IMG/VR virus record: IMGVR_UViG_3300025128_000024
Strand: one strand, 5' to 3'
DNA length: 64,000 nucleotides
Source: an uncultured virus (IMG/VR IMGVR_UViG_3300025128_000024)
Lineage: Duplodnaviria > Heunggongvirae > Uroviricota > Caudoviricetes
Shown: positions 46,744 to 56,221 of the stretch, one piece after another
Numbering within the stretch: the stretch's first letter is position 1
Layout of the letters: the number at the start of each line of letters is the position of its first letter
Position numbers and translations under genes: made by a program
Notes under the pieces: model-generated
What the model saw: the letters and a program-made list of their open reading frames with translations, nothing else
What the model was told of the DNA's origin: nothing
The model's database searches: none

Positions 46744-47229
46744 TTATTTGAAGCTAATTTCTAATGTGTTATAATCAAACTTTACATTATCTCCAGCGTA
46801 TATGATTCTCGGGTTATCAAGCGCTGCGTGCATTAGTACGTTTCCGGGTGAATTAGACTCGTCTGTGTTTACATGTTGCGCATCACAGATAGCAATCCCA
46901 GAAACCCATCCCCAATCTAAAAGGGCCGTATTGAATACAATCTGACCACTATTTCTAATAGTTCCACTACCAGTTTCAAAATCTTCTTGTGTGTACGAAA
47001 ACTTTGTCGCTCCGGGAGCGCCTAGATTTACTCTAGTATAGCCAGTACCAGAACCATTAATTCCACTTGGCAGCTCAAGAATCGTAGTGCCAGTATCTGC
47101 GTCAGCCTTATCTGCTTCTTTTACACCGCTAACTAAAGCAATTGATATATTAGAAGGTGCAGCGAAATTTTCGCCTCTAAATACGAAATTTAAGAGGCCC
47201 GACTCTAAATAATTTGATAGAGCAGCCAT
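46744..47229 (-). CDS. Conserved-type phage virion protein (161 aa)
   Basis: MAALSNYLE..LL; GTGYTRV; F.TA..DWG.V..IAI.DA...GNVL pattern common in phage structural modules. Confidence 0.7.
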   Translation of the reverse strand: MAALSNYLESGLLNFVFRGENFAAPSNISIALVSGVKEADKADADTGTTILELPSGINGSGTGYTRVNLGAPGATKFSYTQEDFETGSGTIRNSGQIVFNTALLDWGWVSGIAICDAQHVNTDESNSPGNVLMHAALDNPRIIYAGDNVKFDYNTLEISFK

Positions 47230-47273
47230 TATTATCTCCTATAAATTTCCTTAAAAAAGAACGTTCTACCTTT

Positions 47274-47283
47274 ATTATACACA
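47274..47283 (-). promoter_or_regulatory. Putative late promoter TGTGTATAAT directly after the capsid terminator
   Basis: Exact motif; intergenic. Confidence 0.65.
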
Positions 47284-47284
47284 T

Positions 47285-47321
47285 AAAAAAAGAGCCACCC
47301 CCACAAATAAGTGAGGGCGGC
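47285..47321 (-). terminator. Rho-independent terminator after the major capsid gene
   Basis: Minus strand GCCGCCCTCAC-TTATTT-GTGGGGGTGGC stem-loop followed by TCTTTTTTT. Confidence 0.85.
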
Positions 47322-47352
47322 ATCCTTTGTTCTCAGGTTTTATACCAGATAA

Positions 47353-48360
47353 TTAGAACGATCCAAGGATCACTCGTCTGTTATCCAGAACACCAAAGCC
47401 AATTTCAGCAAAACCGTAGTAACCAGCGCGCTGTTGTCTATGAAGAGTAGGATCTTCAAAGATTTCAACTTGCTGCTTAACTGGCATTACAAAGCTGTCA
47501 TTTGCGCCTTGATCCAAACCTACAACCAATTCTACGTCATTAGTTTCTACTGCACCTGACAGAGAACTAGTGAAGAAGCTTTGGTATTCTTGACCTTCTC
47601 CAAGCTCATCTAGGTCGTGAAGGTTCACGCCAAAGATGCGTGTAATTGGAGCTCCGCCTTCAGCGGCGGTGTAGATTTCACGACGAGTGACTTCGTCGAT
47701 CTGATCAAGTCCCCAGTTACGGACGTCTTCCAGAGCTTCTGGAGAAACGTAGAGGTCAGTCAAACTGCCACGGCCAACAGAAGCGCTGTTTCCGCCAGAG
47801 TTTCTACGCATTACAGTTTGTAGAAGAGAAACAAGTCTCTTGCTAAACTGGCCTGCGGTAGCATCTGCATCGTAGACTAAGATATTGCGATCAACGCCGG
47901 CAGCCAAAATGGTGTGCCATCCGTCATCGTTCATTTTCTTAGTGAAACCAGCTTCGAGAACCTGCATAGCGCGTGCTACGATGTCCCAACGTGCTTCACG
48001 AGCATAACGCAGCAAGTAGTCAATTGAACTAGTTACTGTGTATGTTGGAATCATAACGTAATCGCCTTCGACGCTACGTTCTGGTACTCTACCGTGTCCG
48101 GGATTGGTGTAAGCAACGTGCTCACCTTCAAGTCCGGGAGAAATCAAATCAAGTGGAAACTCAGTGTTAGCACCGGGTTCTACATTGATAGTTTCAAAAA
48201 TATCACCAAGGATGTTGCCAACTAGAACGCCTTTTCTCAAAGGAAGTTCAAGAGCTTTGGCAAATTCTCGCTGAGCTGCTTGAGCGACACCCAAATCACT
48301 ATCGCCAGATTTGCGAAGTAGCGAAATGAATTCATCGCTAGGTCTATCTGTATAAGACAT
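47353..48360 (-). CDS. Major capsid protein (335 aa, HK97-like fold inferred)
   Basis: Order portal-protease/scaffold-decoration-MCP; strong AAGGAGA RBS; terminator downstream; C-terminal EIGFGVLD.R motif. Confidence 0.85.
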   Translation of the reverse strand: MSYTDRPSDEFISLLRKSGDSDLGVAQAAQREFAKALELPLRKGVLVGNILGDIFETINVEPGANTEFPLDLISPGLEGEHVAYTNPGHGRVPERSVEGDYVMIPTYTVTSSIDYLLRYAREARWDIVARAMQVLEAGFTKKMNDDGWHTILAAGVDRNILVYDADATAGQFSKRLVSLLQTVMRRNSGGNSASVGRGSLTDLYVSPEALEDVRNWGLDQIDEVTRREIYTAAEGGAPITRIFGVNLHDLDELGEGQEYQSFFTSSLSGAVETNDVELVVGLDQGANDSFVMPVKQQVEIFEDPTLHRQQRAGYYGFAEIGFGVLDNRRVILGSF

Positions 48361-48387
48361 TATTATATCTCCTTTAATTAAGGTTTA

Positions 48388-48891
48388 CTAGATGGTGACG
48401 TTAGCCTGTGGTAGGTTAACTTCAACTTTAGCGTAACCGTCTTCGTCCTTTGAGGACAAGAAACGACCAACTGCTAAGTTACCAGATCCAACTAAGGTAG
48501 CAACCGCAATGGACGCGCCATTACTGATATTACCGTTGTTGTGTACATACGCGATATCTCCAGCTGCTGGAGTACCTTCAATGTTGCTTGTTACAACATA
48601 ACCCTTACGCAATACCGTCACTTTACCACCAAGTTGAACTTCGTCTTTATGTTGGTTTAAGTGAGTACGAGTAAGGTCTTTGTTAACAACATCATTAAGC
48701 AAAATACCTACTGGTGAATCAGTTGCGGCAACTGATGTCTTGTAGAATACTTTATTAACGCCCTGATCCATGGCAGCGCCAGAACCAGCCGTCGTGTCGT
48801 GAACGACTACACCACCTCTAGTAGCAACTGCTGCATCCAGAAAGAAGCTAATATCGGTTTGTAGTTCGTATCTATCTGCTTTAAGAGCCAT
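48388..48891 (-). CDS. Capsid decoration/cement protein (167 aa)
   Basis: Between scaffold and MCP genes; beta-rich 'PVGILLNDV...KVTVLRKG.V.T...G.P..GD.AY...G...VGRFLS'. Confidence 0.7.
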   Translation of the reverse strand: MALKADRYELQTDISFFLDAAVATRGGVVVHDTTAGSGAAMDQGVNKVFYKTSVAATDSPVGILLNDVVNKDLTRTHLNQHKDEVQLGGKVTVLRKGYVVTSNIEGTPAAGDIAYVHNNGNISNGASIAVATLVGSGNLAVGRFLSSKDEDGYAKVEVNLPQANVTI

Positions 48892-48918
48892 TTTCTAATC
48901 TCCTGTAGATAAATTAAA

Positions 48919-49617
48919 TTACTTGTTTAAAACGTTTGATTCGAGCCAAGTTGCAATGCTAGCACGAGTGCTTTGCATTTCATCAACTTCAGAAACTTCC
49001 TCTACGAGAGCAGCTTCGGTGGACTCGACTTCTTCAAAAGCTTCTTCTAATTCAGCTTCTGCTTCTTCAGCTTCTTCTTCTTCAGCTTTAGCTTCTTTTT
49101 CCTTTTTCTTCTTTTCGATAGCCTCTTTCAGAGCTTCTGGCATTGCTGCTTCAGCTTCTTCGTCCTTATCTTCTTTCTTTGCTTTCTTTTTCATGAGAGC
49201 AACGACAGTTTCAAAGGCTTCATCTTCTAGAGACTCAAAGCTAGCAAAAGATTCTTCTACGTCTTCTTCGCTGATACCAGCTTCAACAAGAGCAGCTTTT
49301 CTCTTTTTCATCATAGCTTTCTTCTTCATATCGTCCATTTCTTTCATAGCTTCAGCAAGTTCTGTTTGAGAACCAGCTAGAGCATCTTCTAATTCAGCAA
49401 TCCTAGCCTGAGTAGACTTTACAGTTTCCTCAAGGTTAGCGATAGCTTCGTCTTTTGCCTGAACATCAGCTTCATAAGCTTCAACCGTTGAGGCAAATTC
49501 TTTATCTTTTGCTTCTTCGATTTGTGCCTTGATAGCCTCATTCTCGGCTTTGGACGCAGCCAAGTCTTCCGTAAGACCTGCAATCTGCTTTTCCAAGATC
49601 TGAGTATTATCTGACAT
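48919..49617 (-). CDS. Nested in-frame scaffolding protein (232 aa) from an internal start
   Basis: Internal ATAGGAGAATTTATAATG matches the RBS style of the capsid genes and lies at the start of the coiled-coil region. Confidence 0.65.
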   Translation of the reverse strand: MSDNTQILEKQIAGLTEDLAASKAENEAIKAQIEEAKDKEFASTVEAYEADVQAKDEAIANLEETVKSTQARIAELEDALAGSQTELAEAMKEMDDMKKKAMMKKRKAALVEAGISEEDVEESFASFESLEDEAFETVVALMKKKAKKEDKDEEAEAAMPEALKEAIEKKKKEKEAKAEEEEAEEAEAELEEAFEEVESTEAALVEEVSEVDEMQSTRASIATWLESNVLNK

Positions 49618-50406
49618 TATAAATTCTCCTATAGAAAGTTTATCAGTAACGTCTTCATTTATAATAAATGATTTGCTCTTTTCAAATATGACACTTCTAG
49701 GGTTGGCTGGTTTTGAAACCAAACCTTTGCCTGAAAATGCTATATTCTTGAGAGCCCTACCTACAGTATAGCCTTCGTAACTTCCTTCTCCACCATAAGA
49801 TCTAAGGTGTTTAGTCAGAAACGAAGATTCTTCTGTCCGTGCTAAAATTTTGTTCTGCCCATCGGGGTCAGTCAGGGCGTAATCAAAATCAGAGAACAAA
49901 CACTCCATAGACACAAACCATTTTCCCTCTTCGATTTCAGCAATAATTTGATTCATTCGATCTCTGTTTTCTGGGTTAGTCCAACTATTGTATAGAACTG
50001 CTTCAGTAACAATGTCAAATTCACTAGGAGTTTCTACATCGTCCGCAGAAACTTTATCGCCATCCTTATTTAATACATAGGAACTAGTGATGTGTCCTAT
50101 GATATCATTTTCGTTATGCATAAAATTGAACTGCTTGTCTTCAGGTGTACTGCGAGCAGCCCATGTTGCTTCAGGTGTAAACACGTCATCGTTCTTGTTC
50201 CAGCCTGTTGAAACTAAAACAGCTTCTAAATAGTAAAGGTCAAACTGGTCAGGATTGCTTTTACCTTCAGAAGCCATAAGCTTTTTGATGACATCATTCT
50301 CCTCGGGCTTAAGGTTAACAGAAGCCTGCGAAGCATAAACGACGGATGCTTGAGATTTAATAACCTCAGCAATACCGTCATTAATTTCTTGTTGATATAT
50401 TTTCAT
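48919..50406 (-). CDS. Prohead protease-scaffold fusion (about 495 aa)
   Basis: Start moved to MKIYQQE (GAGG RBS); N-terminal NKNDD.F, H...IIGH, VSMEC, G.GLV.KPA motifs; acidic coiled-coil C-terminal half. Confidence 0.8.
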   Translation of the reverse strand: MKIYQQEINDGIAEVIKSQASVVYASQASVNLKPEENDVIKKLMASEGKSNPDQFDLYYLEAVLVSTGWNKNDDVFTPEATWAARSTPEDKQFNFMHNENDIIGHITSSYVLNKDGDKVSADDVETPSEFDIVTEAVLYNSWTNPENRDRMNQIIAEIEEGKWFVSMECLFSDFDYALTDPDGQNKILARTEESSFLTKHLRSYGGEGSYEGYTVGRALKNIAFSGKGLVSKPANPRSVIFEKSKSFIINEDVTDKLSIGEFIMSDNTQILEKQIAGLTEDLAASKAENEAIKAQIEEAKDKEFASTVEAYEADVQAKDEAIANLEETVKSTQARIAELEDALAGSQTELAEAMKEMDDMKKKAMMKKRKAALVEAGISEEDVEESFASFESLEDEAFETVVALMKKKAKKEDKDEEAEAAMPEALKEAIEKKKKEKEAKAEEEEAEEAEAELEEAFEEVESTEAALVEEVSEVDEMQSTRASIATWLESNVLNK

Positions 50407-50425
50407 GTGTCTTACCTCTAAAATA

Positions 50426-50435
50426 AGTATACACA
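50426..50435 (-). promoter_or_regulatory. Putative late promoter variant TGTGTATACT upstream of protease/scaffold
   Basis: Intergenic; one mismatch to the motif. Confidence 0.55.
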
Positions 50436-50462
50436 ATTTTTAAAAAAAGTTTAGAAATACTA

Positions 50463-52547
50463 CTATTTCATAGCGTATTCTATAAAGCAGCTAACGGCTT
50501 TCTTCCTATACGACTCTATAGACATATCATTTATATCTATGTCTTTGTCAGATAGAAGCGTTTTAAATGATGTAGGTGTTAAGCTTGCGCTTGCTAAATG
50601 TTGATGAATTACATTTTCATTAACTTCACATAGTAAGTCTAAATTTGTAAGAACATCAAACTTAATTCGCTCTACATCAAACAACTCCGCCTTTGTGACC
50701 TGTCTTAGATTTTTCTTATTATTGGCTTTTAGAAATGCCATAGTCACACATTCAGATATTTTATTATATGAGTTTTGAGACCAGTCTATTAAGTCCGCTA
50801 GTCCGGGCTTTGATCTTGGCTTTTCAACTCTTTGCTTCCTTGGCTCAGTATCTATTGAGTTTTTGGGTCTTCCATTGTTTTCACTTGGTATATCATTTGT
50901 CTTCTCGACTTTTGGGACAATTGGCCCGTCTTTCTTTTCTGGCTCAACATTTACCTCGACTTCTCTGGTTGGCAAGCCTTTTTCTTCAAGGTACTCGTCG
51001 TCGAGAAGGTCTTTGTTGAGAGCTATTTTTTCAATCTCATGATCATGCTGAGGATTGTGATAAGGGCCAGCTTTGTTTGGAGATTGATCTCTACCTCTAT
51101 CTTTCATCTCTCTCTTAAGTCTAATTTTTTCCACGGTTGGTATTTCCTTGAATCGTTCCAATATGGTCTCGTGAGATATAATATCTCTGTCCGCAAGCTG
51201 TAATAGTAAGTTCTTCTCTGCGGTGTCATCTGAAAGATTCATCTGGTCGAATTGTACATAGGCTGGCCTTCTAAAGCCCATTGCTTTTCTGACTACCTCT
51301 ATTTCTTTTTGCCAAAAATTAACTAGCAAAGTCCTACCGTACTGCAATCGCTCGACGAGAGTCTTAAGGCTAATAAAGTTATTTGTAAATCCTCCACCGT
51401 TACCAGCCATGCCTGTAAGGGTTGGAGGAACACCAAGTCCAGCATATATACTGTTGAGAACAGAATTGTATTTTTCTGAACCTAAGAACTTATAGACCTG
51501 ACTATTTGACTCTGTGTAAGAAAGCTCTGGCCCCCAAACCAACTCCATAGTTCCACCTCCAGCATTACTTGCTAAGATGTCGCGCAGTTTGTTGATCGCC
51601 GCTTTGTTTGGTAGGATTTTGTGATCTAGACTACCAAGAGTCCACAATCTAATATTTGAGATCGCGCCATCTAGAGCAGATAGGTCAGCCAGTCTCATTT
51701 TTTCTAGCATGATTATATCATCAAGAATTGCGTAGATCATAGGATTTGCCCAGACCTGCCAATCGTCTTTCTTGTAGTAGTGTACGGATAGTCTTTCTGG
51801 CTCTAGGGGTATTTCTTTGTCGCCATTTTCTATAGACCTTCTGGCTGCCGGCGGCAGTGTCTTAAGTATTTCTTGAGGTATATGGCCCTTTTTGTACACA
51901 TCTGATATAACGCTGTTTGATATACTAAATCTTTTTGAGCCAACAAATAAAGACAATCCACTTTCTTTCATGTTAACACTCATGGGATTAAAGAAGTTGT
52001 ACCTAAAAGGTATTACATTTTTAGTTACATTTGGTAGTTCAACTTTAATATCATTTCCTACAGACTTCATAAACTTATTGAGTTCTGGAGTAATACTAGC
52101 ATTGCTTCTGTATACAATGACGTTGCCTGTTCTATATAAATTATTCAGGAACCGTTCTGATCTTTCTTTGCCGTCAACCTTTTTAAACCATTGTTTGAAG
52201 AATTTCTCTGCAGTTCTGTCAGCATGAACAAGGCTAATTCCCTGACTACCAAAGTCTCCCATCAAATCAACTATGTTTCTGATTATTCCAACTTTGTCAT
52301 ATGCATCCATACACATTTTAATAATGCGCTTTTGATTGCTTGGTACGCGCTCGCCCTCTCTAAAGGCATAGTAGTCTCTTTTGGTAAACTGTGGCCTTAC
52401 AGATCTGTTTGGCTCTATATTAAGAAAATCTCTATGATATGCAGCACTTTTACCTAAACCACCATAAGAATCAATGTTTTCGCTGTAAGAAGCAAACGCA
52501 CTTTGTCTGTCTTCATCACCTGACCACGTAATCATATCTTCGCTCAT
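50463..52547 (-). CDS. Portal protein (about 694 aa)
   Basis: Follows TerL; helical core, 'GIIRNIVDLM.DF', 'IYAGLGVP..L.G', 'IISHET' motifs; start moved to MSEDM (AGAGG RBS). Confidence 0.82.
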   Translation of the reverse strand: MSEDMITWSGDEDRQSAFASYSENIDSYGGLGKSAAYHRDFLNIEPNRSVRPQFTKRDYYAFREGERVPSNQKRIIKMCMDAYDKVGIIRNIVDLMGDFGSQGISLVHADRTAEKFFKQWFKKVDGKERSERFLNNLYRTGNVIVYRSNASITPELNKFMKSVGNDIKVELPNVTKNVIPFRYNFFNPMSVNMKESGLSLFVGSKRFSISNSVISDVYKKGHIPQEILKTLPPAARRSIENGDKEIPLEPERLSVHYYKKDDWQVWANPMIYAILDDIIMLEKMRLADLSALDGAISNIRLWTLGSLDHKILPNKAAINKLRDILASNAGGGTMELVWGPELSYTESNSQVYKFLGSEKYNSVLNSIYAGLGVPPTLTGMAGNGGGFTNNFISLKTLVERLQYGRTLLVNFWQKEIEVVRKAMGFRRPAYVQFDQMNLSDDTAEKNLLLQLADRDIISHETILERFKEIPTVEKIRLKREMKDRGRDQSPNKAGPYHNPQHDHEIEKIALNKDLLDDEYLEEKGLPTREVEVNVEPEKKDGPIVPKVEKTNDIPSENNGRPKNSIDTEPRKQRVEKPRSKPGLADLIDWSQNSYNKISECVTMAFLKANNKKNLRQVTKAELFDVERIKFDVLTNLDLLCEVNENVIHQHLASASLTPTSFKTLLSDKDIDINDMSIESYRKKAVSCFIEYAMK

Positions 52548-52596
52548 TTTATGCCTCTGTATCTTCAATTGGAATGTTAATTGGAATGGTTACAAT

Positions 52597-52606
52597 ATTA
52601 TACACA
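52597..52606 (-). promoter_or_regulatory. Putative late promoter TGTGTATAAT upstream of portal
   Basis: Exact motif; intergenic. Confidence 0.65.
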
Positions 52607-52608
52607 AA

Positions 52609-54597
52609 TTAATAAACATCTTTCATATTCTCAGTAAACCAGTTTGGCCCGGTAAACATAGTTTCGCTACCTTTTCTCTGTATGCCGTCCATCGTAGCGA
52701 ACCCGCCATAGAAATTGTATTCCTGTGGGGTTGGTGCTCTCATGATACCTCTAGCTGCCATGTTAGCCATAATTAAAGCTGAGTAGCGGTCTTTCCGCAT
52801 TTTGCTTTTCTTACCAGCTCCTACAACTACTTCTGGTGTATCCCATCTATCTCTGCCACTTGCAGTTTGTGTCATTTGTATCATAGCCAACTCGTCCTTA
52901 AGCTCCTCGATGTCTAAAACGCACTCTTCAAGTGTATCGTATACTCTATTTTTTAATCCATCTTCTGCTGCTGATATACCAAGAGTTACGGGGTCAAAAA
53001 ATGGAAACAACAAGGATTTGTCTTCAAAGTCTTTTCTTAAACTATGATTTGCTTCTGCTAGCCAGTCGTATTTAGCAAATTGACACATCTCTAATATGTG
53101 TAGACCCTTTTCATCGTCTGTGTCTTTGGCTTTGTTTTCATCTATCACGGGCCATATAGCAACTTCCCCATCTTTTATTTTATCATTATCATGCAGAGAT
53201 TCCATCACGGCTATACCACCACCCTGCGCGTCCATTGCAATATGAACACATGGAAATAGTCTCATAAGATCTCTAATTTTTCTAGCACAGTAGGCATAGT
53301 AATCTGTTTCTGTAGAATAACCTTTTTTGATTTTGTCTTTATGTTCTGATCTATTAGTCGTCCAGCAGTGCACAATTTTTCTGTGGTCTGAGTTTATCTC
53401 AATAACAACAATACTAAAATTGTCTACCTCGGATGCAGGGTCAACACCAAATACATATCTTTTATTTGGGTCTCCCATAAGTTTCGCTTCAAAATGTATC
53501 TCTTGCCCGTTAGAGTCTTTAAGTACATTGTCTATTGAAATAACGCAAGACTCTATAAGTGATCTCTTGAAAAACCCTTGACTATCTCTAGTGAAGCAAG
53601 CGCCGAACTCCATCTGATATATACCTGCGTGTACGGTAGCTTTGGATCTCGCAACCTGAGCAGCATCCATAAAGCCCTCTGGCAAAAGCTCATATGGTAT
53701 TCTGATAATAGAGTACTGAGTCCAATCAAAACTTTTGGGAACTTCGTCTCCCCCAAAAACTTCTCTAAGTCTATCTTCTCTACCTTGGCTCTTTATGATT
53801 TGGCGCCACTTTTTCCAGTAGGTAGCAAAGTGATTAAAGTCATAATAAGCTGTACCAGAAAGAATGATTTGATTGTCTTTAAGCGATAGATCTTCTTCTT
53901 CTTTTTTATCTTCTTTTATATCTATGCCGAGCTCCTTGGCTCTTTTTTCTGCGGCTAGTCTTTTGACATTGTCAATTGGGTCTGCGCTAACTGCAGCAAA
54001 ACCAGCAACAACATTTTCAAATATATCTCTAGGTATCGAGGCAAACTCGTCAGATATAATATCGTTAGCACGTTGACCACGAATCTTCTGCCCGTCACCT
54101 AGTGGCAGACATGTAACCGTGCTTTCATTGATTCTCATTACACACCTGTCAACATCTCGACGAGGCCCAGATGATCCGCTGCATATATCTCTAAGTATAG
54201 GTGCGTTTCTCCATATTGTCTCCATATACTCAAACAAAACTTTAGACTGCCTAAACGCAGCACCTACGACAACTACTTTTCGTTTTGGTAGAAGTAAAGC
54301 CCTAAGCAAAGCATAGAGGGATAACATGAACGACTTACCAAAACCACGACTGGCTATTAGCATTGGAAATTTTCTATTCCACATTTCACAAAGCATAAGC
54401 GCTTGAGATGGTAAGATTTGTATGTTGAGTATGTGTTTACAGAGAAATGAGAAGTACTCAGGCTTTGTCATTAGGTATACAAGTCTAAGGTGGTAATCAT
54501 CGTCTTGAGTTTTAAGAATAGATGACGGGTTAAAAATATTTTTATCGTCTATATCTATTTTGAGCCAAGCTTCATTTATTTTTTTGAGTTCTGTCAT
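52609..54597 (-). CDS. terL: Terminase large subunit (662 aa)
   Basis: Walker A ASRGFGKS, RGQRA..IISDEF Walker B, LSGT coupling motif, RNase H-like GVDPA, KDRYSAL. Confidence 0.93.
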   Translation of the reverse strand: MTELKKINEAWLKIDIDDKNIFNPSSILKTQDDDYHLRLVYLMTKPEYFSFLCKHILNIQILPSQALMLCEMWNRKFPMLIASRGFGKSFMLSLYALLRALLLPKRKVVVVGAAFRQSKVLFEYMETIWRNAPILRDICSGSSGPRRDVDRCVMRINESTVTCLPLGDGQKIRGQRANDIISDEFASIPRDIFENVVAGFAAVSADPIDNVKRLAAEKRAKELGIDIKEDKKEEEDLSLKDNQIILSGTAYYDFNHFATYWKKWRQIIKSQGREDRLREVFGGDEVPKSFDWTQYSIIRIPYELLPEGFMDAAQVARSKATVHAGIYQMEFGACFTRDSQGFFKRSLIESCVISIDNVLKDSNGQEIHFEAKLMGDPNKRYVFGVDPASEVDNFSIVVIEINSDHRKIVHCWTTNRSEHKDKIKKGYSTETDYYAYCARKIRDLMRLFPCVHIAMDAQGGGIAVMESLHDNDKIKDGEVAIWPVIDENKAKDTDDEKGLHILEMCQFAKYDWLAEANHSLRKDFEDKSLLFPFFDPVTLGISAAEDGLKNRVYDTLEECVLDIEELKDELAMIQMTQTASGRDRWDTPEVVVGAGKKSKMRKDRYSALIMANMAARGIMRAPTPQEYNFYGGFATMDGIQRKGSETMFTGPNWFTENMKDVY

Positions 54598-55238
54598 TTT
54601 AGACTGGTTATACTCCCATAGCTCCTATGCGTTATTACATCATCTGCGAAGCCATAGTATACAGACTCGTGAGAAGAAAGATACCAGTCGCCCGACTTAA
54701 GTTTTCTCTTTATGAAACCCTTAACTTTTTCTTCTGTCGGCTGCTTGTAGTGTTCTTTAAAGAACTTACCTTTTGTGCAGCTTGCGGCATAAATGTCTAA
54801 CATATCCTCAAGTATCTTCTTTTCAAACTTAGCCCAGTTTTGTGTATCAAGATAGTTTCCTGCGTTTGCGCTACTACCGTAGTGACACATAAAATGTGCA
54901 TTAGGCATCATTATTCTTTTGTCGGCAGCTTGCAGTATTATACTGCTCATAGATTCTGCTTGACCGTAAACTAGTATAGTTACGTAGGATCTTGAAATTT
55001 TGATAGCATCGTATATAGCCATTCCGTCGCCCCAGTTTCCACCAAGGCTGTGCATATGTATAATAATTGGTTCATTCTTTATTTGGTCTAAGTACCTAAT
55101 ATTTTTTATAAACGTTGTGGCCATTCTATACTCAACGCCCGGATCATCTTCAAATGCACCGTGTTGACCATGCAAGAATATCTCTCTATTCTTGACATCT
55201 ATATTTTGACCATGTATATCGTCTATTACATTGTTCAT
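54594..55238 (-). CDS. ClpP-like serine protease (214 aa)
   Basis: REIFL, HSLGG, AESMSS (Ser), RIMMPNA.FM.H (His), DWYLS..E...YGFAD. Confidence 0.88.
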   Translation of the reverse strand: MNNVIDDIHGQNIDVKNREIFLHGQHGAFEDDPGVEYRMATTFIKNIRYLDQIKNEPIIIHMHSLGGNWGDGMAIYDAIKISRSYVTILVYGQAESMSSIILQAADKRIMMPNAHFMCHYGSSANAGNYLDTQNWAKFEKKILEDMLDIYAASCTKGKFFKEHYKQPTEEKVKGFIKRKLKSGDWYLSSHESVYYGFADDVITHRSYGSITSLK

Positions 55239-55726
55239 TAGTTATACATCTCGTTTAGTCTTTTGAATAAACTGGACAGAGTTAAGAAAGCATTATACTT
55301 ATCACCACAAAACATTATATGTATATCTCTCTGAAGTTGAAACTCCATTAACATTTTTAACATATACTTTCCGCTAATACGTACTTTCTTTTTTTGCGAT
55401 TCCGGTATCCTAGTATTGTCTGGAAACTCTACCAAATCCTTAAGTGTAAATTCTAATAATATAAACTTATGTTTGAAAGGCCTCATACGTTCTATTTCGT
55501 TCATGAACGCATGTTTCTTTTGTCCTAAGTTTGCAGCTAGTTCTTCAGGTGAAGCTTTTCTTTCTATGCAGACTTTTTCCTCTAGACCTACTATGGTATA
55601 GTCGCCAGTATCAAGCTTCTGTACTATCATCCCTTCGCACTTATCGTAATTGCTGAAGTGATAACCTTCTTGCTCTCTAGTATCTTTTATAACTGTAAAG
55701 TTAGGAACTTTTTTTGTCATTGTCAT
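55238..55726 (-). CDS. ERCC4-domain nuclease (about 160 aa)
   Basis: DTREQ...LDTGDY...IERKAS..EL signature. Confidence 0.85.
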   Translation of the reverse strand: MTMTKKVPNFTVIKDTREQEGYHFSNYDKCEGMIVQKLDTGDYTIVGLEEKVCIERKASPEELAANLGQKKHAFMNEIERMRPFKHKFILLEFTLKDLVEFPDNTRIPESQKKKVRISGKYMLKMLMEFQLQRDIHIMFCGDKYNAFLTLSSLFKRLNEMYN

Positions 55727-55976
55727 GTACTATCTGTGAAAATAATGATTGGTAGGCGTGCTCATGTCCAGTTATTCTTTCATGGCATGAGCGACATAAA
55801 GTTATGCCGTTGTCAACATCATATCTCAAGATAGCGGCACTCGACCATTTTTTTATGTGGTGAGCTTGTAGTCTATATTTTGAAGTACATCCCGGCATCT
55901 GACACCGGAACTTATCTCTGCTATAAACTTTTTTTCTCCAGTCTTTATAAACTGGATCGTCATAATTTCTTCTCAT
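55701..55976 (-). CDS. HNH endonuclease (91 aa)
   Basis: RD.F.C....C....L.AHHI.......NGITLC..CH. Confidence 0.9.
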   Translation of the reverse strand: MRRNYDDPVYKDWRKKVYSRDKFRCQMPGCTSKYRLQAHHIKKWSSAAILRYDVDNGITLCRSCHERITGHEHAYQSLFSQIVHDNDKKSS

Positions 55977-56221
55977 TTTGCTTTCGCTGAAATAACTCTT
56001 ATATCTCTCTTGATCTCTTTACATAGAGACCTAGCCTCTTTAGAGTCATCCTGATCTAAAATAAGCTTTAGTAATTTATATATAGCTGTATAACACGCTC
56101 CGTCTGGATCGTCAGCTTCTACAAAAATTATTGGATACTCAGAGTTATATTCATATATTCTATATTTACTAAGTCTTGATACGACTAATGACATATCAAG
56201 ATAAACTTTGTATATTTTCAT
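55973..56221 (-). CDS. Hypothetical protein (82 aa)
   Basis: ORF overlapping both neighbours in the operon. Confidence 0.65.
   Translation of the reverse strand: MKIYKVYLDMSLVVSRLSKYRIYEYNSEYPIIFVEADDPDGACYTAIYKLLKLILDQDDSKEARSLCKEIKRDIRVISAKAK

Noticed and set aside
52609..54597. Intein or intron in the terminase
   Set aside because: Ordinary length, continuous motifs and no splicing signatures seen
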